Shown: one piece after another, positions 58,801 to 64,000 of the stretch | Layout: every line of letters starts with the position of its first letter | How positions within the stretch are numbered: position 1 is the first letter of the stretch | Assembly (NCBI GenBank): GCA_964016885.1 | Contig: OZ024742.1 | Coordinates: 341,868,001 to 341,932,000 of the forward strand | Direction of reading: 5' to 3' | Source of the DNA: Eledone cirrhosa | Lineage: Eukaryota | Length of the DNA: 64,000 nt | Position numbers and translations under genes: made by a program | Notes under the pieces: generated by a model | Told to the model about the DNA's origin: nothing | Database searches by the model: none | Seen by the model: the letters and a program-made list of their open reading frames with translations, nothing else

Positions 58801-61500
58801 CTTCTTTACAATATTTATTAAAACCCTGTTTCACTCTACACGGTACATCAGTGTTCTATCGAGAGTGTTAGCTTCATTACAGTATTTAGTAAAACCCTGT
58901 TTCACTCTACTCGATACATCAGTGTTCTATCGAGAGTGTAGCTTCATTACAATATTTATTAAAATCCTGTTTCACTCTACACGGTACATCAGTGCTCTAT
59001 TGAGAGTGTAAGCTTCATTACAATTTTTATTAAAACCCTGTTTCAAGCTAAACGGTTCATCAGTGTTCTGTCGGGAGTGTTAGCTTCATTACAATATTTA
59101 GTAAAACCCTGTTTCACTCTACACGGTACATCAGTGTTCTATCGGGAGTGTTAGCTTCATTACGATATTTAGTAAAACCCTGTTTTCACTCTACACGGTA
59201 CATCAGTGTTCTATCGAGAGTGTTAACTTCATTACAATATTTATTAACACCCTGTTTCACGCTACACGGTACATCAGTGCTCTATCGAGAGTGTTAGCTT
59301 CATTACAATATTTATTAAAACCCTGTTTCACTCTACACGGTACACCAGTGTTCTATCGAGAGTGTTAGCTTCATTACAATATTTATTAAAACCCTGTTTC
59401 ACTCTACACGGTACATCAGTGTTCTATCGAGAGTGTTAGCTTTATAACAATATTTATTAAACCCTGTTTCACACTACGCGCTACATCGGTGCTCTATCGG
59501 GAGTGTTAGCTTCATTACAATATTTAGTAAAACCCTGTTTCACTCTACACGGTACACCAGTCTTCTATGGGGAGTGTTAACATCATTACAATATTTATTA
59601 AAACCCTGTTTCACTCTACACGGTACATCAGTGTTCTATCGAGTGTGTTAGCTTCATTACAATATTTAGTAAAACCCTGTTTCACTATACACGGTACACC
59701 AGTGTTCTATGGAGAGTGTTAACTTCATTACAATATTTATTAAAACCCTGTTTCACTCTACACGGTACACCAGTGTTCTATCGGGAGTGTTAGCTTCATT
59801 ACAATATTTATTAAAACCCTGTTTCACTCTACACGGTACACCAGTGCTCTATCGGGAGTGTTAGCTTCATTACAATATTTAGTAAAACCCTGTTTCACTC
59901 TACACGGTACATCAGTGTTCTATCGAGAGTGTTAGCTTCATTACAATATTTAGTAAAACCCTGTTTCACTCTACACGGTACACCAGTGCTCTATCGGGAG
60001 TGTTAGCTTCATTACAATATTTAGTAAAACCCTGTTTCACTCTACACGGTACGTCAGTGTTCTATCGAGAGTGTTAGCTTCATTACAATATTTAGTAAAA
60101 CCCTGTTTCACTCTACACTGTACATCAGTGTTCTATCGAGAGTGTTAGATTCATTACAATATTTAGTAAAACCCTGTTTCACTCTACACGGTACATCAGT
60201 GTTCTATCGAGAGTTTTAGCTTCATTACAATATTTAGTAAAACCCTGTTTCACTCTACACGGTACATTAGTACTCTATCGAGAGTGTTAGCTTTATAACA
60301 ATATTTATTAAAACCCTGTTTCACTCTACACGGTACATCAGTGCTCTATCGAGAGTGTTAGCTTTATAACAATATTTATTAAAACCCTGTTTCACTCTAC
60401 ACGGTACATCACTGTTCTATCGAGAGTGTTAGCTTCATTACAATATTCATTAAAACCCTGTTTCACACTACACGGTACATCAGTGCTCTATCGAGAGTGT
60501 TAGCTTTATAACAATATTTATTAAAACCCTGTTTCACTCTACACGGTACATCAGTGCTCTATCGAGAGCGTTAGCTTCTTTACAATATTTATTAAAACCC
60601 TGTTTCACTCTACACGGTACATCAGTGTTCTATCGAGAGTGTTAGCTTCATTACAATATTTAGTAAAACCCTGTTTCACTCTACACGATACATCAGTGCT
60701 CTATCGAGAGTGTAGCTTCATTACAATATTTATTAAAACCCTGTTTTACTCTACACAGTACATCAGTGCTCTATCGAGAGTGTTATCTTCATTACAATAT
60801 TTATTAAAACCCTGTTTCAATCTACACGGTACATCAGTGTTCTATCGGGAGTGTTAGCTTCATTACAATATTTAGTAAAACGCTGTTTCACTCTACACGG
60901 TACATCAGTGTTCTATCGAGAGTGTTAGCTTCATTACAATATTTATTAAAACCCTGTTTCACTCTACACGGTACAACAGTGTTTTATCGAGAGTGTTCGC
61001 TTCATTACAATATTTATTAAAACGCTGTTTCACTCTACACGGTACATCAGTTTTCTATCGAGAGTGTTAGCTTCATTACAATATTTAGTAAAACCCTGTT
61101 TCACGCTACACGGTACATCAGTGTTCTATCGGGAGTGTTAGCTTCTTTACAATATTTAGTAAAACCCTGTATCACCCTACACGGTACATCAGTGTTCTAT
61201 CGGGAGTGTTAGCTTCATTACAATATTTAGTAAAACCCTGTTTCACGCTACACGGTACATCAGTGCTCTATCGAGAGTGTTAGCTTCATTACAATATTTA
61301 GTAAAACCCTGTTTCACGCTACACGGTACATCAGTGCTTTATCGAGAGTGTTAGCTTCATTACAATATTTATTAAAACCCTGTTTCACTCTACACGGTAC
61401 ATCACTGTTCTATCGAGAGTTTTAGCTTCATTACAATATTTAGTAAAACCCTGTTTCACTCTGCACGGTACATCAGTGTTCTATCGGGAGTGTTAGCTTC
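52900..61500. repeat. HOR domain with units of 34, 35 and 40 monomers plus a partial fourth unit
   Basis: Marker GTTTTATCGAGAGTGTTCGC lies at 53247, 55659, 58143 and 60981 (+2412, +2484, +2838). The 'STQY' ORF copies at 52905, 55317, 57801 and 60639 give the same offsets. Other shared markers are gtgtaagc, aagctaaacggtt and caataattag. Confidence 0.9.
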
Positions 61501-61770
61501 ATTACAATATTTAGTAAAACCCTGTTTCACGCTACACGGTACATCAGTGCTCTATCGAGAGTGTTAGCTTCATTACAATATTTAGTAAAACCCTGTTTCA
61601 CGCTACACGGTACATCAGTGCTTTATCGAGAGTGTTAGCTTCATTACAATATTTATTAAAACCCTGTTTCACTCTACACGGTACATCACTGTTCTATCGA
61701 GAGTTTTAGCTTCATTACAATATTTAGTAAAACCCTGTTTCACTCTGCACGGTACATCAGTCTTCTATGG
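61200..61770. repeat. Local 4-monomer (284 bp) tandem duplication
   Basis: The variant ctgcacgg lies at 61461 and 61745 (+284=4x71), and gtgctttatc and catcactgtt repeat at the same offset. Confidence 0.8.
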
Positions 61771-64000
61771 GGAGTGTTATCTTCATTACAATATTTATTA
61801 AAACCCTGTTTCACTCTACACGGTACATCAGTGTTCTATCGAGAGTGTTAGCTTCATTACAATATTTAGTAAAACCCTGTTTCACTATACACGGTACACC
61901 AGTCTTCTATGGAGAGTGTTAACTTCATTACAATATTTATTAAAACCCTGTTTCACTCTACACGGTACACGAGTGTTCTATCGAGAGTGTTAGCTTCATT
62001 ACAATATTTATTAAAACCCTGTTCCACTCTACACACTACACCAGTGCTCTATCGGGTGTGTTAGCTTCATTACAATATTTAGTAAAACCCTGTTTCACTC
62101 TACACGGTACATCAGTTTTCTATCGAGAGTGTTAGCTTCATTACAATATTTAGTAAAACCCTGTATCACTCTACACTGTACATCAGTGTTCTATCGAGAG
62201 TGTTAGCTTCATTACAATATTTAGTAAAACCCTGTTTCATTCTACACGGTACACCAGTGTTCTATCGAGAGTGTAGCTTCATTACAATATTTATTAAAAC
62301 CCTGTTTCACTCTACACGGTACATCAGTGCTCTATCGAGAGTGTTAGCTTCATTACAATTTTTAGTAAAACCCTGTTTCACTCTACACAGTACATCAGTG
62401 CTCTATCGAGAGTGTTAGCTTTATAACAATATTTATTAAAAGCCATTTTCTCTCTACACGGTACATCAGTGCTCTATCGAGAGCGTTAGCTTCTTTACAA
62501 TATTTATTAAAACCCTGTTTCACTCTACACGGTGCATCAGTGTTCTATCGAGAGTGCTAGCTTCATTACAATATTTAGTAAAACCCTGTTTCACTCTACA
62601 CGGTACATCAGTGTTCTATCGAGAGTGTAGCTTCATTACAATATTTATTAAAGCCCTGTTTCACTCTACACGGTACATCAGTGCTCTATCGAGAGTGTCA
62701 GCTTCATTACAATATTTATTAAAACCCCGTTTCACTCTACACGGTACATCAGTGCTCTATCGAGGGTGTTAGCTTCATTACAATATTTATTAAAACCCTG
62801 TTTCACTCTACACGGTACACCAGTGTTCTATCAAGAGTGTTAGCTTCATTACAATATTTAGTAAAACCCTGTTTCACTCTACACGGTACATCAGTGTTCT
62901 ATCGAGAGTGTTAGCTTCATTGCAATATTTAGTAGAACCCTATTTCACCCTACACGGTACACCAGTCTTATATGGAGAGTGTTAACTTCATTATAATATT
63001 TATTAAAACCCTGTTTCACTCTACACGGTACACCAGTCTTCTATGGAGAGTGTTAACTTCATTACAATATTTAGTAAAACCCTGTTTCACTCTACACGGT
63101 AGATACGTGTTCTATCGAGAGTGCTAGCTTTATAACAATATTTATTAAAACCCAGTTTCACTCTACACGGTACATCAGTGTTCTATCGAGAGTGTTAGCC
63201 TCATTACAATATTTAGTAAAACCCTGTTTCACTCTACACGGTACATCAGTGTTCTATCGAGAGTGTTAGCTTCATTACAATATTTAGTAAAACCCTGTTT
63301 CACGCTACACGGTACATCAGTGCTCTATCGAGAGTGTTAGCTTCATTACAATATTTATTAAAACCCTGTTTCACTCTACACGGTACATCAGTGTTCTATC
63401 GGGATTGTTAGCTTCATTACAATATTTATTAAATCCCTGTTTCACTCTACACGGTACATCAGTGCTCTATCGGGAGTGTTAGCTTCATTACAATATTTAG
63501 TAAAACCCTGTTTCACTCTACACGGTACATCAGTGTTCTATCGAGAGTGTTAGCTTCATTACAATATTTAGTAAAACCCTGTTTCACCCTACACGGTACA
63601 TCAGTACTCTATCGAGAGTGTTAGCTTCATTACAATATTTATTAAAACCCTGTTTCACTCTACACGGTACATCAGTGCTCTATCGAGAGTGTTAGCTTCA
63701 TTACAATATTTATTAAAACCCTGTTTCACTCTATAAAGTACATCAGTGTTCTATCGGGAGTGTTAGCTTCATTACAATATTTATTAAAACCCTGTTTCAC
63801 TCTACACGGTACACCAGTGTTCAATCGAGAGTGTTACCTTCATTACAATTTTTATTAAAACCCTGTTTCTCTCTACACGGTACATCAGTGCTCTATCGAG
63901 AGTGTTATCTTCATTACAATATTTAGTGAAACCCTGTTTCACTCTAGACGGTACATCAATGTTCTATCGAGAGTGTAGCTTCATTACAATATTTATTAAA

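Larger units (their letters stand above)
1..64000. repeat. Tandem satellite DNA array, 71-bp monomer, ~900 head-to-tail copies, single orientation; runs off both window ends
   Basis: The first monomer spans 1-71 (agtgttagct...ctatcgag) and the same unit recurs continuously to base 64000. Most copies differ from consensus by only a few substitutions, with occasional 1-bp indels giving 70- or 72-bp units. No unique sequence was seen. The consensus has AluI (AGCT), SspI (AATATT), RsaI (GTAC) and, in the A70 form, TaqI (TCGA) sites. Confidence 0.99.

Noticed and set aside
2-62772. 37 short ORFs (64-78 aa, mostly MLASLQYLVKPCFTLH...) as a repeated small-protein gene family
   Set aside because: They are translations of about three monomers, mostly starting at GTG or TTG. 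They arise mainly where a 1-bp deletion shifts the frame past the TAG/TAA stops present in each 71-bp unit. There is no promoter, ribosome-binding or splice context and no recognisable domain, and a 71-bp period does not preserve frame.
1-64000. CRISPR array (71 bp is close to a repeat-plus-spacer period)
   Set aside because: All 71 positions are conserved between units, so there are no unique spacers. No leader or cas genes are present.
1-64000. Rolling-circle, concatemer or collapsed-assembly artefact
   Set aside because: Variants are shared in hierarchical, ordered blocks over kilobases, which neither random sequencing error nor copying of one template would produce. Individual duplications still need read support.
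1-64000. Inversions or transposon insertions within the array
   Set aside because: No reverse-complement monomer or non-satellite stretch was seen on reading through. The only length changes are 1-bp indels and whole-monomer gains or losses.
1-64000. Telomeric repeat or diversity-generating cassette library
   Set aside because: There is no G-rich telomere-like motif, no associated reverse transcriptase, recombinase or target gene, and the variation pattern fits ordinary satellite turnover.

Overview
The whole 64-kb window is one uninterrupted, single-orientation, head-to-tail tandem array (satellite DNA) of a 71-bp monomer, about 900 copies at about 36-38% GC. The consensus is AGTGTTAGCTTCATTACAATATTTA(G/T)TAAAACCCTGTTTCACTCTACACGGTACATCAGTG(C/T)TCTATCG(A/G)G. 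I found no credible genes, RNA genes, transposon insertions, CRISPR spacers or inversions, and all listed ORFs are artefacts of the repeat. The informative structure lies in the monomer variants. They occur in a conserved order across the window and have been re-amplified locally into higher-order repeats (HORs) of differing period: about 43-52 monomers at 8-23 kb, 35/23/16 at 21-29 kb, 19-52 at 29-41 kb, an 82-85-monomer duplication at 41-53 kb, and 34/35/40 at 53-61 kb. The last ~2 kb is more degenerate. Several recurrent variants increase the monomer's internal inverted-repeat symmetry. The array looks like eukaryotic (peri)centromeric or heterochromatic satellite, but I cannot name the family or organism. 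I see no evidence for a new protein-coding system. All offsets were worked out by hand from marker variants and the ORF track, and HOR boundaries are approximate.
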